Part shown: positions 31,843-40,658 of the stretch, in pieces
Layout of the letters: the number at the start of each line of letters is the position of its first letter
How positions within the stretch are numbered: the stretch's first letter is position 1
Source of the DNA: Patescibacteria group bacterium
GTDB lineage: Bacteria > Pseudomonadota > Alphaproteobacteria > Micavibrionales > Micavibrionaceae
Length of the DNA stretch: 56,282 bases
Direction of reading: 5' to 3'
Assembly (NCBI GenBank): GCA_035494535.1
Contig: DATJGZ010000082.1
Span: forward strand, 1-56,282
The notes under the pieces: model-generated
The model's input: the letters and a program-made list of their open reading frames with translations, nothing else
Databases searched by the model: none
Told to the model about the DNA's origin: nothing
Made by a program: the position numbers and the translations under genes

Positions 31843-32826
31843 ATGGACGTTAAGAACGTTCGCCAGCCCGGACAGTGGAAACGGGACAATCTGGAATTAT
31901 GGCGCGCCGGCCATTCATCGGAGCGGCAGGAGAAGGACCGTCAGCAGCTTGCGGAGCTTTTCAATCTCGCAGCGGAAGTGCCGGTGCTCAAGGATGCGCT
32001 CGACTGGGCGAGAGATCATGACATTGAATTCATCGTCGATCACACGACCAGAGCGGCCGGCTATTATTTTCCCGGTACAGGCGTCGTCGGTATATCCCGC
32101 GCATACATGGGTAACACGCGTTACATCGCCGGGGTGCTGGTCCATGAAATACGCCACGCATGGCAGGATTACTACGGCATGATCCCGACGGCCGGCAAGA
32201 ATTTTGCCGATTATTTCATGCGTGAGGCATTGATCGAGGCGGACGCCACGGCGCATCAGGATCTCGCGATGCGGCAATATGATTTATCGCGCCGGATCGC
32301 CCGTCTGGCCGATTTGGATGAGGAAAGGGCGCCGGAACGTAAATTGGGTGCGCGCAAGATCCAACGGGAACGACTCGGGGAAAAGCTTGCGCAGTCAGCA
32401 CAGGATACGGCCGCAATTTGGGAAAGTTTCGGGGAGTGGTTCAAATCATGGAAACCGGGGGTTTACGGCGACGCGGCCATTCGCCGCTTCGCAATTACGC
32501 TGGGTGTTTCCGGCATCGAGCCAAAAGACTACAAATTTGAATACGATCCTTATGACGGGCAGGGGCCGCCTTCACGCGAAGGAATAGACGCCTCGCGTGC
32601 GGAGAATCTTCGTGAGCTGGGCAAGTCATTCAACGACGTGAATTACTTTGACGCCGACGGGAAGCGCAGTCTCAGCCTCGAATTCGCAACGGCCGCGCGG
32701 GCGTCTTCATTTTACAGCGAAAATAATGTTCCCGATCCTCTAGTGGAAGAGGTGCGGCGCCGCTGGCTGCAGCTAGAACATCAGGCCGGGCATGATGTGA
32801 CGATTTGTCCGCCGTACAATTTCTGA
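31843..32826 (+). CDS. Orphan HExxH protein (HEIRHAWQ), putative metallopeptidase (possibly DUF6782-like)
   Basis: 327 aa. Contains IAGVLVHEIRHAWQDYYG, then EALIEADATAHQ (a candidate third ligand Glu). No signal peptide. Confidence 0.8.
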   Translation: MDVKNVRQPGQWKRDNLELWRAGHSSERQEKDRQQLAELFNLAAEVPVLKDALDWARDHDIEFIVDHTTRAAGYYFPGTGVVGISRAYMGNTRYIAGVLVHEIRHAWQDYYGMIPTAGKNFADYFMREALIEADATAHQDLAMRQYDLSRRIARLADLDEERAPERKLGARKIQRERLGEKLAQSAQDTAAIWESFGEWFKSWKPGVYGDAAIRRFAITLGVSGIEPKDYKFEYDPYDGQGPPSREGIDASRAENLRELGKSFNDVNYFDADGKRSLSLEFATAARASSFYSENNVPDPLVEEVRRRWLQLEHQAGHDVTICPPYNF

Positions 32827-33846
32827 TTAAAAGCCGATAAACGGTTTCGGCGCGATTTGCAGCGTTTGCTGGGCCGGTTGGTGTCTTTCGTGAATTTCGC
32901 GCATGATCATATCGTAAGTCCTTATCCCGGCGTTTACACGATCCTTGTCGGCTTTCTCGTGCGTAAAATCGAAGCCGTAAACGCTGCCTTCCTTCGTCAC
33001 AATCTCCCTGCCATTGACGAAGTCTGCGAATGAGAGATTCTCAGCGGGGCGGCGGAATGTGAACGAGTCTTCTGTCCCTTCTACGATGCCTGTGACCATG
33101 CCGTTTTTCTCGGTCACGATGAAGGCGTGGCCTCCGGGGGTGTCTTCATAAATTCCGAATTCGACCATGCCGCTCACGTAAAAATACTTTGATGTCTGAT
33201 CGGCTTTAAGATTGTGGTCGGCGACACGCTGCATGAGAATGATTTTGACGATCGACATGCCTTCGCAGTCGAATTCCTTCTTGTGGGTGCCGTCTTTCAT
33301 GTCCTGGCTGATGTCGTTCAGGTGGCGCGTGCGCGGCACCGGATGATCGCCGGCCTCGGTGCGGTACATGTCGAGCCCTGGGGTGCTGTGGACGATCGCC
33401 GATACGATGTCCGCCACATGGCTGTCCCAATAGCGGCGGTCGGCATCTGTCCAAGTAGCCTTATCTTTCAAAGCCTGGAGGTCGGGACGTGAATCGATCT
33501 CGGCCTGCACCTGATGCTCCATGTTGTGGAAGGCCTGCATGAAGGCGTCGTTCCTGCCGAAATCGATATCCATGTTGCCGGGAAAAATATTCCCAGGGCT
33601 GATGACGGCGTGAATGGGTATCGATCCTGTGTCCGAAATATACGAACCTGCGATGACCGTCGAGTACTGGCCGTCCGGATCGCGGTGCGTCATGATTTTT
33701 CTATTTTCGGGCGCGACACCGCGGTCGGCAACCTCGTTAAAGGCGTGCCGTAACGCGTCGCCATTCGAGAAAATCGCGGCGGGTAGCAGGGCAAGCGCGA
33801 GAGACACAATGGTCCTCTGCGATGCCTTGGAGGAAAATATTTTCAT
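32827..33846 (-). CDS. Secreted protein with a transglutaminase/papain-like Cys...His signature
   Basis: Signal-like N-terminus MKIFSSKASQRTIVSLALALLPAAIFS. FDCEGMSIV, then GGHAFIVTE, resemble the Cys and His motifs of the transglutaminase-like fold. Confidence 0.75.
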   Translation of the reverse strand: MKIFSSKASQRTIVSLALALLPAAIFSNGDALRHAFNEVADRGVAPENRKIMTHRDPDGQYSTVIAGSYISDTGSIPIHAVISPGNIFPGNMDIDFGRNDAFMQAFHNMEHQVQAEIDSRPDLQALKDKATWTDADRRYWDSHVADIVSAIVHSTPGLDMYRTEAGDHPVPRTRHLNDISQDMKDGTHKKEFDCEGMSIVKIILMQRVADHNLKADQTSKYFYVSGMVEFGIYEDTPGGHAFIVTEKNGMVTGIVEGTEDSFTFRRPAENLSFADFVNGREIVTKEGSVYGFDFTHEKADKDRVNAGIRTYDMIMREIHERHQPAQQTLQIAPKPFIGF

Positions 33847-33959
33847 CCCTGTTCTTTTATTTTTTGTATTCGTTATTTTCTTAATACTTAGCCGGGATTC
33901 TTCGTTTCGTCATCTTCTTTTTGTCGGGATTCCGGAAATGACAGAGTCGTAACGTGAAA

Positions 33960-35834
33960 TCATGCAGGAGGGTGCTTATTGACGAGGTAAATCTGAATTG
34001 CTCCGGCGCTCGGAACGCGCGTCAACCAAGCAGGAACGCGGCCGTCTAAGATCCGCGCCGCAAAGTAGTTATGCGTCGGCGATATGCTGTCCCAGAAAAT
34101 CCTTTGCGCCGGGCAAACCATGACGATTCCTACATCGTATTTTTTGACAATCTTATACGCGACGTTATCGTCGGGAGCGATAAATATCCGGTAGGCGGCG
34201 CCGATGCCCTCTTCATCACGATGGTAGTGGCCGGCCAACGCCCAATGTTGCGTGCGATAAATAATTTCGGACCCTTCATCCACGTAAGCGGCAATCATTT
34301 TCGGCGCCGGAATAGCATTCAGGGCTGACGCTGCATCTTTTACACTGCATCGTTCCTGCATGAGGCCCCGTCTTACGTGCATGGCCGGCGCCGGATGATT
34401 TGTTCCGCCGGAAGTCGTCAACGTGACGACGCCGAAAAGACTACTGAAGGCGAACAGCGAGATTTCAATAGCGAGCCTTTGCCGGCGGCCGAGGGACCGA
34501 AAGCCCGTCCACGCGCGCGCGGCTAGCGCTGTCAGCTGTCGAAAAATAAGATTTAGAAGCCACACTATCGGCGCGACCGAAAGCGCCTGCGTAAAACCTA
34601 AGGTGCGGAACTGCCAGAATGCCAGCGCTCCGCCGCAAGCCAGCACCGTTACAAGCCCGATCCACCAGAGACGGCGCGCAGTTTCAATCCGTATTGCCAG
34701 CAACGCGCCAAACAATGCCAGAGCCACCGGTAACAGCATAAATAGTTCGGAGCCTTTGTCCGCTTTCGTCACTGCAAAAATAGGCTGGGCCTCCGCGACG
34801 CGGTTGCGCCAAGCCATGCGGACAAGCGGATCGTGAATGTCGTAGATGTCGTGGAAGCAAACGGGTGAAAGCTTGTAAATGATAATGAATATCCCGAGCG
34901 CCAGTAACTCCGCCACGGCGAACCGCCGGGCAATATTGCTCTTCCACGAAGGCGGCATAAGGTATATCCCGCCCCAAAAAGCGCCGACGGCCGCGGCGAA
35001 GGACAAATATGTGGGCGATATGGTGTCGCATTGGGGAACCAGAAAACGTTCCGGGGGCACCAGGATGATAAACCATACGGCTGTTGCCAGAGTGACTGAA
35101 AGCCCGAGGCGCAGCGCTGCCAATTCATAATCGGAGCCTCGGATCAGGAAATGGATTCCGATCACAAGCACGCCGAGTGCAAACCATGGAACGATGTCGG
35201 CGCCGATGCCAAGGCCGGTGGCGAAAAGTATTCCTGTCAGGACGGGCCAGCGGGCTTCGGTGGGACGAAGACTAACCCGAGCAAGGCAGGCGTAGGATGC
35301 GACTGTCAGCACGATCTGCCAGTCGTGGTGCGTTACGCGGCCGAGGCAGAACTGGTACAGCATTACCGTGAGAAAAGGCATCACGCACAGCGTGAAAAAC
35401 GTCTTTATCGCGGTGGGCTTGTCCTCGCCAGCGGCGCTCCTGACATACCATAGCGAAACGAACACGAGGGCCATCAATGCCATCGCCGGGAATACGGTCG
35501 CGGTCCACAGGGCCGCTGTCTGGCGGGTAAAAAACAGCTGGAAGAACAGCATGAGCAGATAGAGAGGTCCGTCAATCAGACGCGACCAGCCGTTTTCGAC
35601 GCTGCCGCCCGGACCGAGCCGGGGTTGTATCCAGGAAGGATAGTGCCGTCCGTCGAGCAGGTCGAAAATCCGGCTCATGCGCAGGTAGTCATCCGCGTCC
35701 GCCAGATATCCGCTTTGCAGCGGGGACCCAAGAAAGGCCTTTATTAAAAGCAGGATTGCGGCCCAACCCGTAAATGCCATCCAGACCCAAACCGGCGGGA
35801 GGAAAGTTTGCCTTGATGAAGATAGGGACCGCAT
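33960..35834 (-). CDS. Polytopic membrane protein, possible GT-C-type glycosyltransferase (GtrC/ArnT-like role)
   Basis: 624 aa, at least 12 predicted TM segments. First loop has an acidic motif YLADADDYLRMSRI. Soluble C-terminal domain. The function is inferred, not recognised. Confidence 0.7.
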   Translation of the reverse strand: MRSLSSSRQTFLPPVWVWMAFTGWAAILLLIKAFLGSPLQSGYLADADDYLRMSRIFDLLDGRHYPSWIQPRLGPGGSVENGWSRLIDGPLYLLMLFFQLFFTRQTAALWTATVFPAMALMALVFVSLWYVRSAAGEDKPTAIKTFFTLCVMPFLTVMLYQFCLGRVTHHDWQIVLTVASYACLARVSLRPTEARWPVLTGILFATGLGIGADIVPWFALGVLVIGIHFLIRGSDYELAALRLGLSVTLATAVWFIILVPPERFLVPQCDTISPTYLSFAAAVGAFWGGIYLMPPSWKSNIARRFAVAELLALGIFIIIYKLSPVCFHDIYDIHDPLVRMAWRNRVAEAQPIFAVTKADKGSELFMLLPVALALFGALLAIRIETARRLWWIGLVTVLACGGALAFWQFRTLGFTQALSVAPIVWLLNLIFRQLTALAARAWTGFRSLGRRQRLAIEISLFAFSSLFGVVTLTTSGGTNHPAPAMHVRRGLMQERCSVKDAASALNAIPAPKMIAAYVDEGSEIIYRTQHWALAGHYHRDEEGIGAAYRIFIAPDDNVAYKIVKKYDVGIVMVCPAQRIFWDSISPTHNYFAARILDGRVPAWLTRVPSAGAIQIYLVNKHPPA

Positions 35835-35910
35835 GCCGCTGTAACTCTATCCGAATAATTCAGGACCGCAACAGCCGCGAAGCTCATAAACGATGTTAAA
35901 TGCACGCACG

Positions 35911-35943
35911 AAATCTCCCGGCGCGGCGAGGCCGGCCGGGAGA
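35911..35943 (-). terminator. Intrinsic terminator candidate downstream of the entericidin-like gene
   Basis: On the minus strand, the 9-bp stem TCTCCCGGC/GCCGGGAGA has a 12-nt loop and is followed by TTTCG. Confidence 0.45.
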
Positions 35944-35961
35944 AGAAAGCGTTACTCAGGA

Positions 35962-36180
35962 TTACGGGTTGCCGCCGCCGTTAGTGTCGTGGACGTTGCC
36001 GTTGGCCATCTTGCCATCCGAATCGGTGTGGGCGGGCATGCTGCTGGTGTCCGAGCTGCTGTCGCTGCCGGTCATTGAGTGCCAGCCATCGGAGATGTCA
36101 TTGCCAATTCCATGCATGGTTTCGCAGCCGGACAATGTGAATGCCGCGGCGATTGCAGTAATGAGAGCGATACGTTTCAT
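35962..36180 (-). CDS. Entericidin-like lipoprotein with a Ser/Asp-rich C-terminal extension (72 aa)
   Basis: SD GAGGA lies upstream of the ATG at 36180. MKRIALITAIAAAFTLSGCETMHGIGNDISDGW matches the EcnA/B pattern (lipobox followed by NT-x-x-G-x-G-x-DI). Confidence 0.7.
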   Translation of the reverse strand: MKRIALITAIAAAFTLSGCETMHGIGNDISDGWHSMTGSDSSSDTSSMPAHTDSDGKMANGNVHDTNGGGNP

Positions 36181-36281
36181 TTGATTCCTCGATTGTATAT
36201 GGACAATTCGTGAATCCGATATACAGCAGCATGCGCAGACCTGCAATCGACCGCATATAAAAGTCCACAGGCAGATTTTGT

Positions 36282-37988
36282 TCAGGGATTCGGCGCGGGC
36301 GGAGGAGGGCTGGTGGAGATGTCCGGGCGATTCGGCATCTCCGCACCGGGCAGCGGCTGATAGAAGGCTGCGACGTCGATGATCTCGCACAGATGCTCGG
36401 GATCGGCGCATTCGTCGCCGAGCGCGAGTCGATTGAAATTTGCGGTCATTCCAGCGTCCAGGTCACTCTCCTTAATTTTGATCGGCCCGTCTTCCGGTCT
36501 TTCGTTGACGAACATGACAAGTTTGCCGGTCTCCCGGCCGGTTTCGTCATGTGTCAGCGTGCATTCCAATTTAAGCAGTCTGCCGCTGTCGCCGCAGTAC
36601 GAAACCTTGTCGAGCCGCACGTCGGCGTGCGCCTCGTGCAGTTCTTCCTTGAAGTCATTGATCGCTCTTATTCGGGCGAGGAGATTAAGGGGATTCGTTG
36701 AATCGCCGCGCGTGGCTTCAAGCATCTTCCAATATGCGGCGGCCTGCGGCTCGCGAAACACGGATATACGGTCGCGGCAATATTCATAGCCCAATTGCAT
36801 GTAAACGGAATTCCCGATCAACGCCGCGACCGCATAATTACGCGCGCAGATATCCGCTACGACCTTGTTTTTTTGAGCCTCGGGCAGCGATTTGAAGGCG
36901 TCAAAGGCCCACTGCGCGACCGTGTGCGGTGTATCGAGGTTGTCGGGGAAACCGGCACCGCCGAAATGCGCTATTTTTTGCATCCGGTTGATCTCGCCAA
37001 TCATCCAGCCGTCTTTGAAATTCCAGTCGTAGGTCGGCAGCATGGCGAGATCGAATGCTTCGCGCTGTTTTCCATTGATCGTGATTTTCGCGTTCTGCAG
37101 GGCGTTGGCCTGACCGTTGTCGCCGAGCGTCTCGCCCATGAACACGACATCGGGCGCACGGTCATGCGCATATTGGATGAGGTCCGACCAGACGGAGGCG
37201 GGCACCATATACGCGGCGTCGCAGCGAAAGCCGGTGAAGCCGCGGTCGAGATACCAGTCGATCTGCTGCTTCCAGTAGCCTTTCTGTCCGTTCTCGCCCT
37301 TGACGAAGAAATTCTGTGCTTCCGGAGAGGCATAATTTGTCTGTGCGACGTCGTCCCAAGCCTCGAACCAGTCGACCGTCTTTTTCTGCGCGTCATCCCA
37401 TTTCTTGGTCCATACGCCGGGCATGGCGAGCGTGAAATCGTCGTTGCGGCGGAACTTGAAGTAGAAGTCCCGGTTTTGCCCGTCATCGCTGTCGTAACGC
37501 ATGCCAATGAGCGTGTTGTTACTGCCACGGATCGGCTGAATGTTTTTGCCGGTCTGCTTAATGTGCTCGACCTGCGCGTTCTCCTGCAATGCCAGTGGAT
37601 GGTCCCGCGCCACATGATCGAACACGAGATCGCCCATAACGGTGACGCCTTCGTTGGCGGCCTGTTTGGTGAAATGACGGATATTTGCATCATCGAGCTT
37701 CCAGCGTTTCCCGTCGTCGGTTTCGCCCGGTGATGCGCTGAACTCCTTGCCGAGATGGAAATGATCGGTGATGGCATACAGGCTGCCGGAGACCTTTTTG
37801 CCGTTGCGATCAACTTCAAGCTGCGAGGTTTCAAAGAAAGGGCTGAACCAGATGGCGTTGAAGCCCATCTCTTTCGTATGTTCGATCAGCCATGATTGCT
37901 TGTCAGGATCATTGAGTCCGGACCAATCGGCGATAGAGCCGAGCAGGCGCGGATGCGCATACAAAATGCGTAACGCCGAAGCAGTCAC
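36282..37988 (-). CDS. GH13 alpha-amylase family protein
   Basis: Conserved GH13 regions are present: GDLVFDHVA (region I), GFRCDAAYMVP (II) and FMGETLG (III). The subfamily is not resolved. Confidence 0.85.
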   Translation of the reverse strand: MTASALRILYAHPRLLGSIADWSGLNDPDKQSWLIEHTKEMGFNAIWFSPFFETSQLEVDRNGKKVSGSLYAITDHFHLGKEFSASPGETDDGKRWKLDDANIRHFTKQAANEGVTVMGDLVFDHVARDHPLALQENAQVEHIKQTGKNIQPIRGSNNTLIGMRYDSDDGQNRDFYFKFRRNDDFTLAMPGVWTKKWDDAQKKTVDWFEAWDDVAQTNYASPEAQNFFVKGENGQKGYWKQQIDWYLDRGFTGFRCDAAYMVPASVWSDLIQYAHDRAPDVVFMGETLGDNGQANALQNAKITINGKQREAFDLAMLPTYDWNFKDGWMIGEINRMQKIAHFGGAGFPDNLDTPHTVAQWAFDAFKSLPEAQKNKVVADICARNYAVAALIGNSVYMQLGYEYCRDRISVFREPQAAAYWKMLEATRGDSTNPLNLLARIRAINDFKEELHEAHADVRLDKVSYCGDSGRLLKLECTLTHDETGRETGKLVMFVNERPEDGPIKIKESDLDAGMTANFNRLALGDECADPEHLCEIIDVAAFYQPLPGAEMPNRPDISTSPPPPAPNP

Positions 37989-38101
37989 CTGTTCCCCTGT
38001 TCAACTTCTTCTTTTTTTATTGATCACATCCTATCACAGCGCGGTGGAATTTTCACGCTGCATAAGGATTTCTTTGATAAATCAGGGTGCTTTGAAAATA
38101 C

Positions 38102-38386
38102 CTATTTTCTTTCGGGTTTGTTTTCCCGTTCTTCGTCCATCTGCCGGTACGCCTCCATCTCCATTTTCCGGCGGTCTTCCTTCTCGCGATTGGAGATGTA
38201 GGAGATGGAGATTACAAGCAGCAGGAACCCTCCAAGCGGGACCGGCCAATATATCTGAGCCATGATCCAGTCATATTTGAAATAATCGATGGCGTCCGGC
38301 ATCCCGTGCGAAAGCGCATAGGCAATGAGCCCGAAGAGGGGCAACAGGACGATAAGGATAGTGGCGCGGGCGAGAAAGAGTTTCAT
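38102..38386 (-). CDS. Small membrane protein (94 aa)
   Basis: Two TM helices and a charged tail. Lies 4 nt after the upstream gene. Confidence 0.6.
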   Translation of the reverse strand: MKLFLARATILIVLLPLFGLIAYALSHGMPDAIDYFKYDWIMAQIYWPVPLGGFLLLVISISYISNREKEDRRKMEMEAYRQMDEERENKPERK

Positions 38387-38390
38387 ATCA

Positions 38391-38972
38391 TCATGCCTTC
38401 TTTTTCTTCTTCGGCCATATCAGAAACAATAGTGTAGGAGCCAGGACGAGGACGATCATCAGCAATCGAGAAACGTCGGGATGTGGACGTTTCAGCGAAC
38501 CGATGATCGCTTCGTCGCGGCCGATGACGCGATAGAGATTGTTGATCTCCTCCATCTCAGCCTCCGTCAGCCGCTTCTTCGGCACCGAGCGGTCGGTATA
38601 GAAATATTTCGTCATCGAATTGAACTCAAGGTCGTTCGCGGGAAACATTTCACCGGGATTCACGTCGGACGTGACATAGGTGAATCTTTCGTACGGGAAT
38701 TCCTGTGTCTTGCGGACGTCGACGGTGTTGAAATCCGGCTTGATCGCGCCTTCATGAAACCATCCCGGCGAAAAATGGCCGACGCGGGGACCTTCTTCGA
38801 GAGGAAAGCGATTTACCGGTTGGTTAACTATGGTCGCGACCTTTTGGATGGCGGTGTTCATTTCGGTCTGCGCGGCGGCAATCTGGTCGCGCGGAGTGGC
38901 CGCGCCGTTTGCCCACGCCGACGCTGAAATCAGGAATAAAATTACCGAGCCGATCAGCAGTTTCTGAACCAA
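38391..38972 (-). CDS. Secreted, C-terminally anchored hypothetical protein
   Basis: I chose the TTG at 38972 because GGAGA lies 5 nt upstream. This gives (M)VQKLLIGSVILFLISASAWA, a signal peptide. C-terminal TM helix plus KKKKKA. Confidence 0.65.
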   Translation of the reverse strand: MVQKLLIGSVILFLISASAWANGAATPRDQIAAAQTEMNTAIQKVATIVNQPVNRFPLEEGPRVGHFSPGWFHEGAIKPDFNTVDVRKTQEFPYERFTYVTSDVNPGEMFPANDLEFNSMTKYFYTDRSVPKKRLTEAEMEEINNLYRVIGRDEAIIGSLKRPHPDVSRLLMIVLVLAPTLLFLIWPKKKKKA

Positions 38973-39153
38973 GAAAATCTCCGTAAAGCCTAGGAAGAAT
39001 AACAGCTTTACCACCGCGGGACACACCGCCCTCAATTTACAGAACATAGATATTTCCGGTTAATCTTGCTGCGTTGCGTGTAGAAAATACGGCGGCAAAC
39101 TGCTAAAAAGTCGCGTTATATCACGCGTTCCCAGAGCAAACAGGAGCATCACC

Positions 39154-40269
39154 ATGCTGGTCGGCTGTCCCAAGGAAATCAAGGCACAGGAACATCGCGC
39201 GGGTCTCGTCCCGCTGTCGGTTAAGGAATACGTCGCGCACGGTCATAAGGTGATCGTTGAGACCGGGCTAGGTGCCGGGATCAATTTCTCGGACGATGAC
39301 TATAAGGCTGCTGGCGCGCAGATCCGCAAGACAGCGCAAGAGATTTTCGCCGAGGCCGACATGATCGTGAAGGTCAAGGAGCCCCAGCCGGTTGAATGCA
39401 AGATGCTCCGTAAGGACCAGGTGCTGTTCACTTACCTCCATCTCGCGGCGGACGCCGAGCAAGCACGAGCGCTGATGGCATCCGGCTGTGTCGCGATCGC
39501 CTATGAGACTGTTACGGGCCCGAACGGCAAGGGCTTGCCGCTGCTGGCGCCCATGAGCGAGGTGGCAGGACGTCTGTCCGTTCTGGTCGGCGCGAGCAGC
39601 CTTCAAAAACATGCGGGCGGCACCGGTCGCCTGATTTCAGGCGTGCCCGGCGTGTTGCCGGCCAAGGTGCTGGTGATCGGTGGCGGTGTTGCCGGCTTCA
39701 ACGCGGCCAAGATCGCGGTCGGCATGGGCGCGGATACCACTATTCTGGAGAAGGACCATGACCGTATGCGGTTCCTTGACGATTACTTCCGTGGCGCGGC
39801 GCACATTGTCTATTCGAGCCGCGACGCGATCGAAAAGGCGCTGCCGGTAACCGATCTCGTTATCGGTGCTGTGCTGATCCCGGGTGCCTCGGCGCCCGTT
39901 CTGGTTACGCGCAAGGACCTCAAAACCATGATGCCGGGCTCGGTGCTGGTCGATATCGCTATCGATCAGGGCGGCTGCTTTGAGACCTCCAAGGCGACCA
40001 CGCACAAAGAACCGACCTATGTGGTCGACAACGTCGTTCACTATTGCGTGGCCAATATGCCGGGTGCGGTGCCGCTGACTTCGGCGTTGGCGCTAAACAA
40101 TGCCGTTCTGCCCTATGGCCTGAAGCTGGCCGACAAGGGCTGGAAGGCGGCGCTCCAGGCCGACCCGAACCTGCGTAACGGCCTGAATGTCTGCGAAGGC
40201 AAGATTACGCATGAAGGGGTGGCGCAGTCGCTGAGCCTGCCGTGCAACCAGCCGCCCCTTGCGGCCTGA
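39154..40269 (+). CDS. ald: Alanine dehydrogenase
   Basis: 371 aa. Full-length match to the Ald pattern: MLVGCPKEIKAQEHRAGL, LVIGGGVAGFNAAKIAVGMGA, DIAIDQGGC. Confidence 0.95.
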   Translation: MLVGCPKEIKAQEHRAGLVPLSVKEYVAHGHKVIVETGLGAGINFSDDDYKAAGAQIRKTAQEIFAEADMIVKVKEPQPVECKMLRKDQVLFTYLHLAADAEQARALMASGCVAIAYETVTGPNGKGLPLLAPMSEVAGRLSVLVGASSLQKHAGGTGRLISGVPGVLPAKVLVIGGGVAGFNAAKIAVGMGADTTILEKDHDRMRFLDDYFRGAAHIVYSSRDAIEKALPVTDLVIGAVLIPGASAPVLVTRKDLKTMMPGSVLVDIAIDQGGCFETSKATTHKEPTYVVDNVVHYCVANMPGAVPLTSALALNNAVLPYGLKLADKGWKAALQADPNLRNGLNVCEGKITHEGVAQSLSLPCNQPPLAA

Positions 40270-40277
40270 AACCCCGA

Positions 40278-40311
40278 CCCGGACGGATTTCCTTAGCCCG
40301 TCCGGGGTTTT
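40278..40311 (+). terminator. Intrinsic terminator after ald
   Basis: 9-bp stem CCCGGACGG/CCGTCCGGG with a 10-11-nt loop, followed by GTTTT. Confidence 0.6.
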
Positions 40312-40373
40312 GCCAGAAAATGCTTGAAATCCGCCGGGATAGCCATTACTTATACCCCGTCTAAACAGCCTGC

Positions 40374-40450
40374 GCGGGCGTAGTTCAGTTGGTTAGAACG
40401 CTTCCCTGTCACGGAAGAGGTCGCGGGTTCAAGTCCCGTCGCTCGCGCCA
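40374..40450 (+). tRNA. tRNA-Asp (anticodon GTC)
   Basis: Hand-folded: GCGGGCG TA GTTC AGTTGGTTA GAAC G CTTCC CTGTCAC GGAAG AGGTC GCGGG TTCAAGT CCCGT CGCTCGC G CCA. 77 nt. Confidence 0.9.
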
Positions 40451-40460
40451 TTTTAGATCA

Positions 40461-40505
40461 AAAGCTTCCGGGGCGGTCCTTGTTGGGCCGCCCCGGAAGC
40501 TTTTT
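40461..40505 (+). terminator. Intrinsic terminator after tRNA-Asp
   Basis: 15-bp perfect stem AAGCTTCCGGGGCGG/CCGCCCCGGAAGCTT followed by a T-run. Confidence 0.75.
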
Positions 40506-40658
40506 GGCCCTTTGCCAATACTTGACGTAAGCGAAATGGCGGGCTAGGAGTCAGGCATACCACCAAAAAGAAAAGGGCTCCCCTGTACCCCACGGGAGCT
40601 CTTTTCGCATTCGAACAGCCTGTTATGCGGCTCCGCTCGTGCTTATAATAATCGAGCC

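Noticed and set aside
32824-32829. Zero-nucleotide gap between the convergent stop codons TGA (32824-32826) and TTA (32827-32829)
   Set aside because: The observation is real but probably just tight packing. No hairpin or shared terminator is visible, so I assign no functional meaning.
36795-37834. ORFs 36795-37733 (plus) and 37001-37834 (minus, alternative frame)
   Set aside because: Both overlap the GH13 gene, whose frame contains all the conserved GH13 regions.
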